From assembly GCA_963666565.1 (NCBI GenBank), contig OY762911.1, positions 3,904,001 through 3,968,000 on the forward strand: 64,000 bases of DNA, written 5' to 3'. A program made the translations under genes and the position numbers. Shown in pieces: positions 45,297-55,210 of this stretch. Under the pieces are notes generated by a model. The model worked only from the letters and a program-made list of their open reading frames with translations, was not told the DNA's origin and searched no databases. The DNA is from Thermoanaerobaculia bacterium. Lineage in GTDB: Bacteria > Acidobacteriota > Thermoanaerobaculia > Multivoradales > Multivoraceae. Numbering within the stretch: position 1 is the stretch's first letter; each line of letters opens with the position of its first letter.

Positions 45297-47471
45297 TCAG
45301 GGGTTCAGAACGTGGCGCACTCCCACGTGCACCATGCGGGGGGCGCCGACCGTCACCAGCCCGGCGCCGGAGATGCCCACCTGCACCTCCTCGTCGAGGA
45401 GGTTCTCGAGACCGGCGAACACATGCCACCGGCTGCCGAGGGCCCGGGCCGCGCTCAGATCGACAACGGCGAAGCTGGACAGCGGCCGCGCGTTCAGATC
45501 GTCCTCGAACTGCTCGCCGACGAAGCGGAGTCCGAGCCGCGCCTGAAGGAGATCGGGGTTCGAGTACTCGAGGCCGAGGCTCGCCGACTGCTCGGGGGTC
45601 TGCGCCAGCCGCTTCCCCTCGAGTTCCGGGAACTCGGCCGCGCTGTCGACCTCGGCGTTGCTGTAGAGCCAGGAAACATCCAGCCGCCAGTCGTCGCCGA
45701 GCCGCTGGCGGAGTTCCGCCTCGAGACCCTGGATGCGGGTGCGATCCAGGTTGAGCCGCTGCCGGCAGGAACCGCCGCCCGGCACGAAGCCGCAAGGCCG
45801 GAAGAAGCGGCTGCTCGGGATCGTCGCCAGGGTGACGTTGGCGATCGGGTTCTTCACCCGGTTGACGAAGGCGTTGAACGAAAGCCGCGACCCGCCCTGG
45901 TATCGCACGGCGCCGAACTCGACGCCGGAGAGCCGCTCCGGCTCCAGCGCCTCGTTTGCCTCCGTGATGTCGTTGCGGACCCGGAACGGACGGTAGAGCT
46001 CGTTGACGGTCGGCGCCCGGAACGACCCGTACACCGAGCCGCGCAGACTCCACCCCATGTCAAGCGCGTAGCGGAAGCCGATCCGCGGCGACGCCGCCGT
46101 CTCCGTCCGGTCCTCGAACGCGTCGTCGCGCCGGATCGAGCCGTCGGCCTTGTTCGTCTCCAGCCGGCTGCCGGAATCCGTGTCCCAGCGGTCGACGCGG
46201 GCGCCGAGTTCCAGGGTGAAGCGATCGCCGAAGTCGGCCCGCCGCTGCACGTAGGCGCCCGCGATCGACTGGTCGCCGCCGGCCATGCGGCGCCGGTTGA
46301 ACTGCGTCGTGTAGAAGAAGTCCTCGTTCGTCGCGCCGTCGACGCTCCGCCACTCGGCGCCCGCGACCCACAGGCCGGCGCCGGCTTCGCCCTCCCACTG
46401 CGCGCCCAGGCCCGTGGCCTCGGAGTCGACCAGCCACTGGTCGAGGGCTGGCCGTTCGGACGAGCGGTCGGCCTGCTGGGCGCTGAACCGGCTGGCGAAC
46501 TCCTGCTCGTGGCTGAAGCCGCGGACCGTCCAGGTATCGCCCCGGCCGCTCACCACGTCCGCGCTGAAGCGGAACGAAGTCAGGTCCGTGTCGTTGCCGG
46601 TGAGCGGCGTGCCGTTGCCGCGGTCTTCGGAGAGGTTGTCGCCGCCGACGGCGATCTGCACCGACTCGCCGGGAGACAACGTCAGCCGGCCGCCGACGCT
46701 CGTCTGCTCGGAGAACGCGTCGACGTCGATCGGCCCGCGCTGGTCGTCCCGCACGACCGGGTAGCCGTCCATGTCGAAGGTCCTGGCCGACAGCGTCAAC
46801 GACGCGCTCTCGAATCCCTGGCCGAACCAGGCGTCGCCGGACAGCACGCCGTGGTCGCCGGCGAGCGCCGAGAGGCTCAACCCGGGCCCCGTTTCCGGCG
46901 GGGTCGCCGTGACCAGGTGGATCACGCCGCCCAGGGCGGAGTTACCCCAGAGGCTCGAACCGCCGCCGCGCACGACCTCGATCCGGTCCAGGCTCTCGCG
47001 GCCGACCCGTCCCCAGTAGATCCAGCCGCCGAACGGATCGTTCAGCGGCAGGCCGTCGAGCAGCACCAGGGTGCGGCTGACGCCGCTCGGTCCGATGCCG
47101 CGGAGCGAGACGCCCTGACTCGTCGGATGCGCGACCATCGAGCTGTTGCGGCGGAACAGACTGAAGCCCGGCACCCGGCGCATCGTGTCGTCGAGCGCCA
47201 GGGAAGCGCTGGCCCGGAGTTCGGCGCCGGAGAGCACGGACACGCTGGACGTCACCTGGCCAAGCTCCTGTTCGGCCCGGGAGGCGGTGACGACGATCGT
47301 CTCGGCAAGCGAGGAATCCTCGACCGGCTCGGCGCCGTCGTCTTCCGAGGCCGCCGCCGCGACCGCCGCGGAGGCGAGCAGGGCCAGCGCGAGCGCCGAC
47401 GCGCGAAGCAAGCGGCCGCGAAGCGGACGGTCGGGGGTTCGAGTCGTCGAGGCGATGGGCAATGTCGTCAT
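45297..47471 (-). CDS. TonB-dependent receptor
   Basis: Signal peptide, ETIVVTASR (TonB box), plug motif RIEVVRGGGSSLWG..ALGGVI, FRAPT.NELY, ENLLDE, GAPR. Confidence 0.92.
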   Translation of the reverse strand: MTTLPIASTTRTPDRPLRGRLLRASALALALLASAAVAAAASEDDGAEPVEDSSLAETIVVTASRAEQELGQVTSSVSVLSGAELRASASLALDDTMRRVPGFSLFRRNSSMVAHPTSQGVSLRGIGPSGVSRTLVLLDGLPLNDPFGGWIYWGRVGRESLDRIEVVRGGGSSLWGNSALGGVIHLVTATPPETGPGLSLSALAGDHGVLSGDAWFGQGFESASLTLSARTFDMDGYPVVRDDQRGPIDVDAFSEQTSVGGRLTLSPGESVQIAVGGDNLSEDRGNGTPLTGNDTDLTSFRFSADVVSGRGDTWTVRGFSHEQEFASRFSAQQADRSSERPALDQWLVDSEATGLGAQWEGEAGAGLWVAGAEWRSVDGATNEDFFYTTQFNRRRMAGGDQSIAGAYVQRRADFGDRFTLELGARVDRWDTDSGSRLETNKADGSIRRDDAFEDRTETAASPRIGFRYALDMGWSLRGSVYGSFRAPTVNELYRPFRVRNDITEANEALEPERLSGVEFGAVRYQGGSRLSFNAFVNRVKNPIANVTLATIPSSRFFRPCGFVPGGGSCRQRLNLDRTRIQGLEAELRQRLGDDWRLDVSWLYSNAEVDSAAEFPELEGKRLAQTPEQSASLGLEYSNPDLLQARLGLRFVGEQFEDDLNARPLSSFAVVDLSAARALGSRWHVFAGLENLLDEEVQVGISGAGLVTVGAPRMVHVGVRHVLNP

Positions 47472-48991
47472 GCGGGCTCCTGGGCGGCCGGACCCGGCGT
47501 CTCCGGATCGGCGGGAGCGGGCATGGTAAACGATTCCGGGGCGACCTCCGCGCCGGCGTCGGCCTCCCGGATCCTCAACTCGGCGGCGACCTGGCCCTCC
47601 ACCGCGATGCGGATCGTCCCCGGCACCATCAGTCCGCCGGCGTCCATGTAGTCGCCAAGCGTCACCTCGATCTCGCCCGTGGAACCCAGGAGCGCCCCGT
47701 CGAAGACGACCCGGCGCTCCAGGAAGTCCTCGCCGCCCAGGTGGAGCGTGCGCGCTTCGCCCTCCGCGCCCACGATGTCGAGCCGGTAGGTCTCGTCGCG
47801 CGCGACCTTCCCGACGCCCCCGAACGACACGTCCAGGCCGCGCTCCTCCCTGTTCGCGAGCAGCCCCCACAGAAACTCGCCGAGGAGCTCCGCCGCTCCG
47901 ACCGTCTCCTCCGGAAGCGGCGCCGGCTCGACGACGCCCTGCATCGGCGACAGGTTCCAGGGCGTCTCGCCGTCGTACGCCAGGACCATCGTCAGTCCCT
48001 GCAGGTCGATGTCGATGCGGAACGAACTCGGGCGGGCGAACGCCGCCGTCATCGGCACTTCGAAACCGAGCATGACCGCCGTGCCGGTCGCGCTCAACGT
48101 CTCGACCTCGGCGGCCGAACCGCCGCGGGCGTTTCCGTAGCGCGCCAGCACCTCGTCCAGGCCAAGCGCCGCGTCGGCGGCCTGGCCCGGCATGAAGAAG
48201 ACGTCGGGGTCGATCTCCGGGTCGATCTCGAAGGACTCGAACTGGAGCGGCATCTCCCCCATCGGGCTCGTCAGGGTGTGCAGATGAGCCACCATCGTGC
48301 CGCCGACCTCCCGGTAGTCGTCGAACGTCGTCGTGGACTCCTGCAGGCCGAAGCCGAGGTCCGCCTGCGACACCCGCTTCCTCTCCAGACCGTCCTCGAC
48401 GCCGATGAACATCTGCTGGACGAAACCGTTGGGCGCGGTGACGATGAGCTTCCAGGCCTCTCCGCTCTCGATCTCCTCGCGGCCGGCGAGCTCGACGCGG
48501 TAGCCGCGCTGCTCGTAGTCCACCAGGCCCATGACGTTGAGTCCGGCTTCGGCCGCCAGCGCGGCGGCGCCGTCGCCTTCCACAACCGCCGGCTTCATCT
48601 GGCCCGGCTGCTGGCCCCAGGCCTGCTCGCCGTCGAACGCCTGAATCAGGGCCATGCCGCCGAAGTCGCCGTCCATCCGCACCTGGTTCGGAGCGCGCAG
48701 AAGCACCGTGAACGGCGCCTCCATGCCCTGGAACGTCATCGTCGCCTTGCCGCGTACCGCCGTGAGGGAGCGGAGCCGCTCCAGCCCGCCGAGGGCCTCG
48801 AAGTGGGCGGCGAGAACGCGGTCCAGTTCGCTGGGTTCGGCCTCTTCCTGCGCCCGGGCCGGCACCGCCGCCACGGCCAGCGCGAGCAAGGCCGCGCAGA
48901 GGCCGATCCGACCCGCGAAACCTCCGTTCTTCCGAACGCGGCACGCCGTCCGCGAGCGAGCCGCTGAACCGATCGGTGCAGATCCCTTCAT
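47468..48991 (-). CDS. exported protein with tandem LolA-like (lipoprotein-sorting-like) domains
   Basis: Two internal repeats (LDRVLAAHFEALGG / LDEVLARYGNARGG ... AFDGEQAW / AYDGETPW ... DYREVGG / DYMDAGG). Confidence 0.7.
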   Translation of the reverse strand: MKGSAPIGSAARSRTACRVRKNGGFAGRIGLCAALLALAVAAVPARAQEEAEPSELDRVLAAHFEALGGLERLRSLTAVRGKATMTFQGMEAPFTVLLRAPNQVRMDGDFGGMALIQAFDGEQAWGQQPGQMKPAVVEGDGAAALAAEAGLNVMGLVDYEQRGYRVELAGREEIESGEAWKLIVTAPNGFVQQMFIGVEDGLERKRVSQADLGFGLQESTTTFDDYREVGGTMVAHLHTLTSPMGEMPLQFESFEIDPEIDPDVFFMPGQAADAALGLDEVLARYGNARGGSAAEVETLSATGTAVMLGFEVPMTAAFARPSSFRIDIDLQGLTMVLAYDGETPWNLSPMQGVVEPAPLPEETVGAAELLGEFLWGLLANREERGLDVSFGGVGKVARDETYRLDIVGAEGEARTLHLGGEDFLERRVVFDGALLGSTGEIEVTLGDYMDAGGLMVPGTIRIAVEGQVAAELRIREADAGAEVAPESFTMPAPADPETPGPAAQEPA

Positions 48992-49163
48992 CTCATCCTC
49001 CGCTGGCTGTCCGCCGCGAGTTCCGCCGGTGGGCGCCAGGGCGGCTCGCTGCCCCAAACTGTGCCGGCATGATAGCCGAACGGGCATATGCTCGGTTCCC
49101 GCGAGAACAGGCCCGCGACAAGGATGCGGCCGTCGCACCGCCCCAACAGCAGGAGACACCGGC

Positions 49164-50015
49164 ATGAAGAAACTGACCAGGGCGCAGCGCGAACAATGGG
49201 CGATCGACGGTTACCTCCGCGTCGAGGGAGCGCTGTCGCCGGACGAAGTCGCCTTCTTCGACGCCGAGCTCGACCGGATCCGGCAACTTCCCGGCTGGGA
49301 ACCGAATCCCGACGGACCGCTTGGCCACTACGCCTGGCTCGACCACGCCGTCGACCGCGACCCGGAGGGCTTCATGGACCGCCGGGTCCTGCTCGGCTAC
49401 GACCAGGCGTTCATCGACCTGATGGACGCATCGCCCGTCTTCGACCTCGTCACCGACATCATGGGCCCCTACGTCGTGCTCAGCATGACCCAGGCGATCG
49501 TCCGCCCGTCGAACCCGCGCTGGCCCGGCTACACCCACACCGACGGCGGCGAGGCGCTCCGCCGCATCCGGGTCACCGAAACGAGCCTGCCGCTGGCGAT
49601 GAAGGGGATGTACCTGCTTTCCGACATCGCGGACGAGGACTGCGGCAACTTCACCGTCTTCCCGGGCAGCCACATGCGCCCGTTCCCGGAACGTCCCTAC
49701 CCCGCCCCGGGGCCGAAGACGCCCGGCGCGGTGCAACTCACCGGCAAGGCCGGCGACTGCATCCTCTTCCCGCACTCGCTGTGGCACGGCCCGTCCGTCA
49801 ACGCCTCGCCGTGCGCCCGCAAGACGATCCTCTACAACTACTGCCAGTTGTTCCTCCGCACCTACGACCCGGAACCCGCGCCGAAGGTCCTGGAGCGCTG
49901 CACGCCGAGGCAACGCCGCCTGCTCGGCGACCTCGGCTACGGCTTCCGGCCGGGCTCGTACTTCTACGCGCCGCGGGATCAGGCGGACCTGATCGCCGGT
50001 GGAGACTCCGGCTAA
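49164..50015 (+). CDS. phytanoyl-CoA dioxygenase family (Fe/2OG)
   Basis: DGYL.V...LS, HTD, G.F.V.PGSH, KAGD...F...LWHG..N....R. Confidence 0.88.
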   Translation: MKKLTRAQREQWAIDGYLRVEGALSPDEVAFFDAELDRIRQLPGWEPNPDGPLGHYAWLDHAVDRDPEGFMDRRVLLGYDQAFIDLMDASPVFDLVTDIMGPYVVLSMTQAIVRPSNPRWPGYTHTDGGEALRRIRVTETSLPLAMKGMYLLSDIADEDCGNFTVFPGSHMRPFPERPYPAPGPKTPGAVQLTGKAGDCILFPHSLWHGPSVNASPCARKTILYNYCQLFLRTYDPEPAPKVLERCTPRQRRLLGDLGYGFRPGSYFYAPRDQADLIAGGDSG

Positions 50016-50056
50016 CGTCGGCGACCGGCCTTGTCTGCAAGCCCGTGGAGAAGCCC

Positions 50057-51133
50057 ATGAAGCTCGATGCGACCTCGCGCCGCCTCGGCGTCCGCGGCAT
50101 CCGCCAGGGACTGCCGACCTGCACGGCGCTGGCCGCGTTCCTGACGCTGGCCTGCTCGACGATCGCCGCTCCGGAGCGCGACCCGGCGGTCGTTCCGCCC
50201 GCGACGCCGGCTGCGGCGCCGCCGCCGGAAGAAGCGCGGCAAGGCGACGCGCCAGACGATCTCCTGGCGGACCTGGCCCGGGTCGCCGGCCGCGAGAACG
50301 CGGACCGGGGAGAGGCGCTGCTGAGCATGTTCCGGGAGCGCGGCCTGGCGCCCGAGATCCAGGAGTTTCGCCCGTCCGCGCCGGACGACTCCCGCCAGCC
50401 GAGCCCCGGCCAGAGCCTGCGTGCCCCGGCGGAAACGCTCGATCGCCGGGTCGCCGCGACCGGCAGGAACCTGATCGTCACCGTCGGCGAGGGCAGCCGC
50501 GACATCGTGGTCGGCGCCCACTACGACGCGGTTCGCCTGCGGGACGGCACGATCGTCGGCGGCGCCGTGGACAACGGCGCGGCGTCGGTCGTTCTCGTCC
50601 GGGTCGCCGAGACGCTTCGGCGGCACGAACTGAACCACCGCGCCCGCGTCGTCCTCTTCGACCTGGAGGAATCCGGCCTGCTCGGCTCTCGCGCCTACCT
50701 GGAACAAGGGGACCCCGGCCGCATCGCCGCCATGGTCAACGCCGACGTGGTCGCCGGCGACGGCGCCCTGATGTACGGGCCAACGTCGCACGAAGGCAAC
50801 GACGCGGTCTACCGGAGCCTCCGCGTCGCGTGCGCCGGCGCCGGGATCCCGTGCATCGGCCTTCCACGCTACCCGCCCAGCGACGACCGATCCTTCCAGG
50901 CCGCCGGCATCCCCAACGTCTCGCTCGCCATGAACGACGCGGCCGCCGCCCACCAGTTGTGGCTCGTGCTGAACGCCGGCCCCGAGTCCGGGTTGCGCGA
51001 GGGCTTCGTGCCCGAGGTCTTCCGGGTCATCCACACGGCCGAGGACACGATCGAGCGCGTCAACGAGACCGCGATGAACCAGCTTCACGAGCTGATCGTC
51101 GCCCTCGTGCTGGAACTGGACCGGGCGCTGTAG
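50057..51133 (+). CDS. M28-family metallopeptidase, lipoprotein
   Basis: LAC lipobox; GAHYD, GAVDN, FDLEESGLLGS, N.D, SDD.SF...GIP, HT..DT. Confidence 0.85.
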   Translation: MKLDATSRRLGVRGIRQGLPTCTALAAFLTLACSTIAAPERDPAVVPPATPAAAPPPEEARQGDAPDDLLADLARVAGRENADRGEALLSMFRERGLAPEIQEFRPSAPDDSRQPSPGQSLRAPAETLDRRVAATGRNLIVTVGEGSRDIVVGAHYDAVRLRDGTIVGGAVDNGAASVVLVRVAETLRRHELNHRARVVLFDLEESGLLGSRAYLEQGDPGRIAAMVNADVVAGDGALMYGPTSHEGNDAVYRSLRVACAGAGIPCIGLPRYPPSDDRSFQAAGIPNVSLAMNDAAAAHQLWLVLNAGPESGLREGFVPEVFRVIHTAEDTIERVNETAMNQLHELIVALVLELDRAL

Positions 51134-51151
51134 CGGCCCCTGAACCGGGCT

Positions 51152-51835
51152 TCAGGGCGGGTCGGCGTACGGCTCGTCCTCCGGCACGAACTCGGTCTCC
51201 TGGCGCGCGGCCGCGCTCCACTCGCGCATCGCCTTCGTGGCGAGCAGCGCCCGGCAGTAGTCCGCGGCGTCGGGAGGCAACGCCGGTTCGTAGGTCGCGA
51301 ATCGCGAGGCCACCGGCAGGAAGTACGCGTCGGCGGCGGAGAAAGCGCCGAACAGGAACGACCCGCCGCCGCCGAACTCGGCCAGGGCGTCGCGCCACAA
51401 GACAGTCAGCAGCCCGATCTCCGCCAGGACTTCCGGCGTTCCGCCCTTGCCCGGATGGCTCGATCGGATGTTCATCGGCATGGCCGACCGCAACGCCCCG
51501 TAGCCGGAGTGGAAGACGGCGACCAGCGAGCGCGCCCGGGCGCGGGCACGGGCATCGGCAGGCCAGACGCCGCGGTCGGGGTACAGATCGTGCAGCCGCT
51601 CCGCGATCGCCGACGTGTCGAAGGTGGCGAAGCCCTGCCCCGGCTCGCCTTCCCAGAGCACCGGCACCAGCCGCGTGGGCGACAGCGACTCGATGTTCCG
51701 CTGCCAGTCCTCCGAGTCGAACTTCAGCATCCGCTCCGCGAACGGGATGCCGAGTTGGGTCATCAAGGCCCACGGCCGGAGCGACCAGGACGAGTAGTTC
51801 CTGTTGCCGATGACGAGAGTGAGCGGTTGCGTCAT
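51152..51835 (-). CDS. glutathione S-transferase family protein
   Basis: GNRNYSSWSLRPW, SPT.LVPVL, HSG..ALR...PMN, LFG.FS.ADA.F.PV..RF. Confidence 0.92.
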   Translation of the reverse strand: MTQPLTLVIGNRNYSSWSLRPWALMTQLGIPFAERMLKFDSEDWQRNIESLSPTRLVPVLWEGEPGQGFATFDTSAIAERLHDLYPDRGVWPADARARARARSLVAVFHSGYGALRSAMPMNIRSSHPGKGGTPEVLAEIGLLTVLWRDALAEFGGGGSFLFGAFSAADAYFLPVASRFATYEPALPPDAADYCRALLATKAMREWSAAARQETEFVPEDEPYADPP

Positions 51836-51897
51836 GGGCGGCAGAGCCTACAGCGGACGGATTGACGGACCCGGCGCAGGCGCTATCCTGAGTTGCA

Positions 51898-52836
51898 GTG
51901 TCCCCCGCCAGCAGACCGCGCTACCTTCTGACGCCGGCCATCCTCCTCGGGCTCCTTGCGGCGTCGGGCGCACCCCTCTGCGCCCAGGCCGGGTCGACCT
52001 GGTCCCCGCCCGGCGACATCGACGGGCTGTGGGACTTCGCCACCGCGACGCCCCTCCAGCGGCCCTCCGCCTACGCGGAGCAGGAGTACTTCTCGGCCGA
52101 AGAGGCGGCCCGGTTCGAACGCGACACGATCGCGCGCCGCGCCGAGGCCCAGAAGCGCAGCCCGAGCGTCCACGCGCCGTACTGGCTCGACCACGGCCGC
52201 CACGTGCAGGAGTCGCGCCGCACCTCGCTGGTCTTCGATCCGCCGAACGGCCGCATCCCGCCGATGACCGAAGACGGCCGCCGCCGCGCCCGGGAACGCC
52301 GCGACCGGCGCGCCAGCCCGCCGGCCGGCCCGGAGGACCGCAACCTCTGGGAACGCTGCCTGATGGGCTTCAACGCCGGGCCCCCGATGAACCCCGGCGG
52401 CTACAACAACAACGTGCTCATCCTGGTCACGCCCGACACCGTCGCCCTGCTCAACGAGATGGTCCACGACACCCGCATCGTCCCGCTCGACGACCGGCCG
52501 CGCCTGCCGGAGCACGTACGCCAGTTCAAGGGCGAATCGCGCGGCCGCTGGGACGGCGAGACCTTGGTCGTCGAGACCCGGAACTTCGATCCCCGAATCA
52601 GCTTCGCGGGCTCGGGCGGCAACATGCTCCTGACCGAACGATTCACCCGCTACGACGAGACGACGCTGGTCTACGAATACACGATCGACGACCCGGAATC
52701 CTTCGAGCGCCGCTGGAGCGCGCGCATCGAAATGAAGAAGTCGGACCAGGCCATCTTCGAGTACGCCTGCCACGAGGGCAACTACGGCCTGTTCAACATC
52801 CTCGAGTACGCGCGCACCAACGAGAAGCGTCGCTGA
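51898..52836 (+). CDS. secreted hypothetical protein (EYACHEGN family paralog)
   Basis: Signal peptide; TPLQRP, TSLVFDPPNGRIP, ERC, G.S.GRWDGETLVVET.NF, EYACHEGN. Confidence 0.8.
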   Translation: MSPASRPRYLLTPAILLGLLAASGAPLCAQAGSTWSPPGDIDGLWDFATATPLQRPSAYAEQEYFSAEEAARFERDTIARRAEAQKRSPSVHAPYWLDHGRHVQESRRTSLVFDPPNGRIPPMTEDGRRRARERRDRRASPPAGPEDRNLWERCLMGFNAGPPMNPGGYNNNVLILVTPDTVALLNEMVHDTRIVPLDDRPRLPEHVRQFKGESRGRWDGETLVVETRNFDPRISFAGSGGNMLLTERFTRYDETTLVYEYTIDDPESFERRWSARIEMKKSDQAIFEYACHEGNYGLFNILEYARTNEKRR

Positions 52837-52876
52837 GAACGGGAGCGAGGCTTGCGCCTCGCGCGATCTTCCCCAG

Positions 52877-52942
52877 GCCGGCGGGGACGCCGGCGCACCC
52901 AGTGTGCGAACCCGTTCCCTGGAAGCCGGCGCACCCAGTGTG
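52877..52942 (+). repeat. REP-like variant B, one full and one partial copy in tandem
   Basis: GCCGGCGGGGACGCCGGCGCACCCAGTGTG (52877-52906) and GCCGGCGCACCCAGTGTG (52925-52942). Confidence 0.8.
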
Positions 52943-53032
52943 GAGCACCGTTCTGGAAGCGAGGCGCCATTCGCATGGTGGCCCCGCGGGCGCCGAAGGC
53001 GGCCTGGGAGGGTGCAGCGTCCAGCCTGCCCA

Positions 53033-53263
53033 GGGGCTCAGGGGGGAGGGGTCCCAGGCGGCTCGAAGCGAGCGACGCCCGACGCCGTCACGGCAGGCAA
53101 CGCCCCACCGAAGCGAGCGGAGTGCAGCGAGCGCACCCCCTTCCATCTTCCGACCAAGCGGGAACCCGGGTGGCGCGGTCCGCGCCATCCGTGAACCAGT
53201 CCGTGCGGCCGTCATCGGGCGCACGGATGGCGCCGCGCCTGCGACCCCTCCCCCCTGAGCCCC
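53033..53263. mobile_element. MITE-like / long-hairpin element with 27-bp inverted ends
   Basis: 53033-53059 and 53237-53263 are reverse complements with one mismatch; intergenic; mobility is inferred. Confidence 0.5.
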
Positions 53264-53309
53264 GACCAGGCAGGCGGCCGCAACCGACACCGCCACGCCG
53301 CGCAACGCC

Positions 53310-55139
53310 TCAGCCGCCGCTGGCAACCGCGGCCACGTCGTCGCGATGCGTCCACCAGCCGGGGCTGGTCCACCAGTCGCTGCCGGGGGGCGGAGTCGGC
53401 TGGAACAGGAAGACGCCGGAGGGCGCGAACTCGACGCCGCGGAGGCGCTTGCTGAAAGCGCGGATCTCGGAGTAGTTCCACATCATCGTGAACGGCTGGT
53501 CCTCGGCGACGACATAGGCCAGTTCGCGGTAGATCGCGGCGCGGGCCTCCGGGTCGAACTCGCGCCGGCCGCGCTCGAGCAGGTCGTCCACCCGATCGCT
53601 CCTGTAGCCGACGTAGTTGCGGGCGTTGTCGTAGCTCGTCGAATGGAGGCGGATCGTCCACTGGTCCGGGTCGGTCGTCACCTCGTCGGCGTCCGCGTGG
53701 GCCTGGAACTCGTGCTCCAGCAGGTGCTGCTCGTGGGTCGCGTTCTCGAACATGCGGAGCGTCAGCTCGACGCCGATGCTGCGCAGGTCCTCGCGGTAGA
53801 TGTCCGCCATCTTCACCGCGTCGGCAAACGTCTGGGCGATCTCCATCTCGAACGAGAACTTGACCTTCTCGCCGTCGATCTCCTTGTAGCGCCAGCCGTC
53901 GTCGGGGTCCGGCAGCCAGCCGGCCTCGTCGAGCAGTTCGCCCGCGCGCACCAGGTCGAACGGATACTTCGGTACGTCCGGGTTGTAGCCCATGTGGTCC
54001 TTGTCCCAGAGCTGATCCGTCTCGAGGTAGACGCCGTAGGCGACGTCCCGGATCACCCGCTTCTGGTCGTAGGCATGGGTCATCGCCCGCCGCACCCGCA
54101 CGTCGGTGAAGAACGGGTTGCTGCCGTCCTGGTTCCAGCCGATCCGCGAGATGCGCCGCGCCGGCGCCCAGCCCTTGACGCCGACCCGCTCGAACTCCTC
54201 GTCGTTGCTCTGGGTGGCGAACTGCTGCGGAGTGAACCAGTACTCGTCGAGCTCGCCCTTCTTGAACAGCAGCAACCCCAGGTTGCGGTCGCTCTGGGGC
54301 CGGTAGATCACCCGCCTGAAGGGCGCGATGCGCGCCGCGTCCGGGAACTCGTCCCAGCGCTCGACCACGATCCGGTCGGTCAGCGTCCAGGACACGAACC
54401 TGTACGGCCCGGAACCGATGACTTCCTCGCGGGCGTAGCGGTTGAAGTACTCGCTGCTCCGCATCGTCGGGTCCTTCGCCAGTTCCTCCGGGTTGTTCCA
54501 GATGTGGCGCGGAATCGGCGGCACGCGCATCGCCAGCATGTTCGTGACCAGGGCGTCCTTGAAGTGGAACTCGACCGTCAGATCGTCGATCACGTCGACC
54601 CGCTCGATCTGGTCCACGTCGTGCTTGTACATGGCCGCCGGCACGTCGTCCGAGGCCACCGCGTCGTAGGTGAACTTCAGGTCGTGCATCGTCCACGGCC
54701 TGCCGTCGTGCCAGGTCAGCCCCGGCCGGACCCGCACGCGGGCGCTCAGCCAGTCGTCCGCCATCACGCCTTCCTCGACCACGGTCCGGTTCCACACCGT
54801 CGTCATGTCCGCGTTGCGCGTCGTCAGCGACTGGAACAGGGCGCCTGAGAGGTAGTAGTCCTCCCAGAAGATCGCGAAGATCGGGTTGAGCGTCCGCGGA
54901 TCGCCGAGCATGTAGCGCACCAGCGTGTCGTCCCGGGCGACGACCTCCGGCCGGTCGAACGGGTAGGGCTCGGTCAGCGTCGGCGGGTTGACCAGCGGGT
55001 CGGCAGCCGGGTCGTAAGCCGGACCCGAAGGAGCGGTCGAGCGCTCCGGCAGCGGCCCGGTGCAGGCGGCCGCGAGCAGAACGAGCGAGAAAAGGAGGGC
55101 GGCGGCAGCGACTCGAAGCGAAGGCGACTGGATGCACAT
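53310..55139 (-). CDS. ABC transporter substrate-binding protein, family 5 (peptide/nickel type), lipoprotein
   Basis: AAAC lipobox, DP.TLNP, WHDG.P.T..D..FTY, IGSGPY.F..W, F.D.RVRRA...A.D, LLDEAGW. Confidence 0.9.
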   Translation of the reverse strand: MCIQSPSLRVAAAALLFSLVLLAAACTGPLPERSTAPSGPAYDPAADPLVNPPTLTEPYPFDRPEVVARDDTLVRYMLGDPRTLNPIFAIFWEDYYLSGALFQSLTTRNADMTTVWNRTVVEEGVMADDWLSARVRVRPGLTWHDGRPWTMHDLKFTYDAVASDDVPAAMYKHDVDQIERVDVIDDLTVEFHFKDALVTNMLAMRVPPIPRHIWNNPEELAKDPTMRSSEYFNRYAREEVIGSGPYRFVSWTLTDRIVVERWDEFPDAARIAPFRRVIYRPQSDRNLGLLLFKKGELDEYWFTPQQFATQSNDEEFERVGVKGWAPARRISRIGWNQDGSNPFFTDVRVRRAMTHAYDQKRVIRDVAYGVYLETDQLWDKDHMGYNPDVPKYPFDLVRAGELLDEAGWLPDPDDGWRYKEIDGEKVKFSFEMEIAQTFADAVKMADIYREDLRSIGVELTLRMFENATHEQHLLEHEFQAHADADEVTTDPDQWTIRLHSTSYDNARNYVGYRSDRVDDLLERGRREFDPEARAAIYRELAYVVAEDQPFTMMWNYSEIRAFSKRLRGVEFAPSGVFLFQPTPPPGSDWWTSPGWWTHRDDVAAVASGG

Positions 55140-55210
55140 GACGGCGGAACTGTAGCGCGCCTGACTTGCCGCGCCAGAACGGTGCCGGCCTTCGGCCCGC
55201 GCGAGTTTCC

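Noticed and set aside
42454-46053. 1199-aa ORF as a large topoisomerase fusion
   Set aside because: Its N-terminal part is an off-frame overlap of top6B and the TonB receptor; the real top6A start is ATG 43563
43989-47651. 1220-aa plus-strand ORF and the many other Arg/Pro/Gly-rich ORFs
   Set aside because: Antisense or shadow frames of well-supported genes, with no recognisable motifs
51138-51157. CCCTGAA/TTCAGGG hairpin between convergent genes as a terminator
   Set aside because: 7-bp stem with no U-tract, overlapping a stop codon; insufficient evidence
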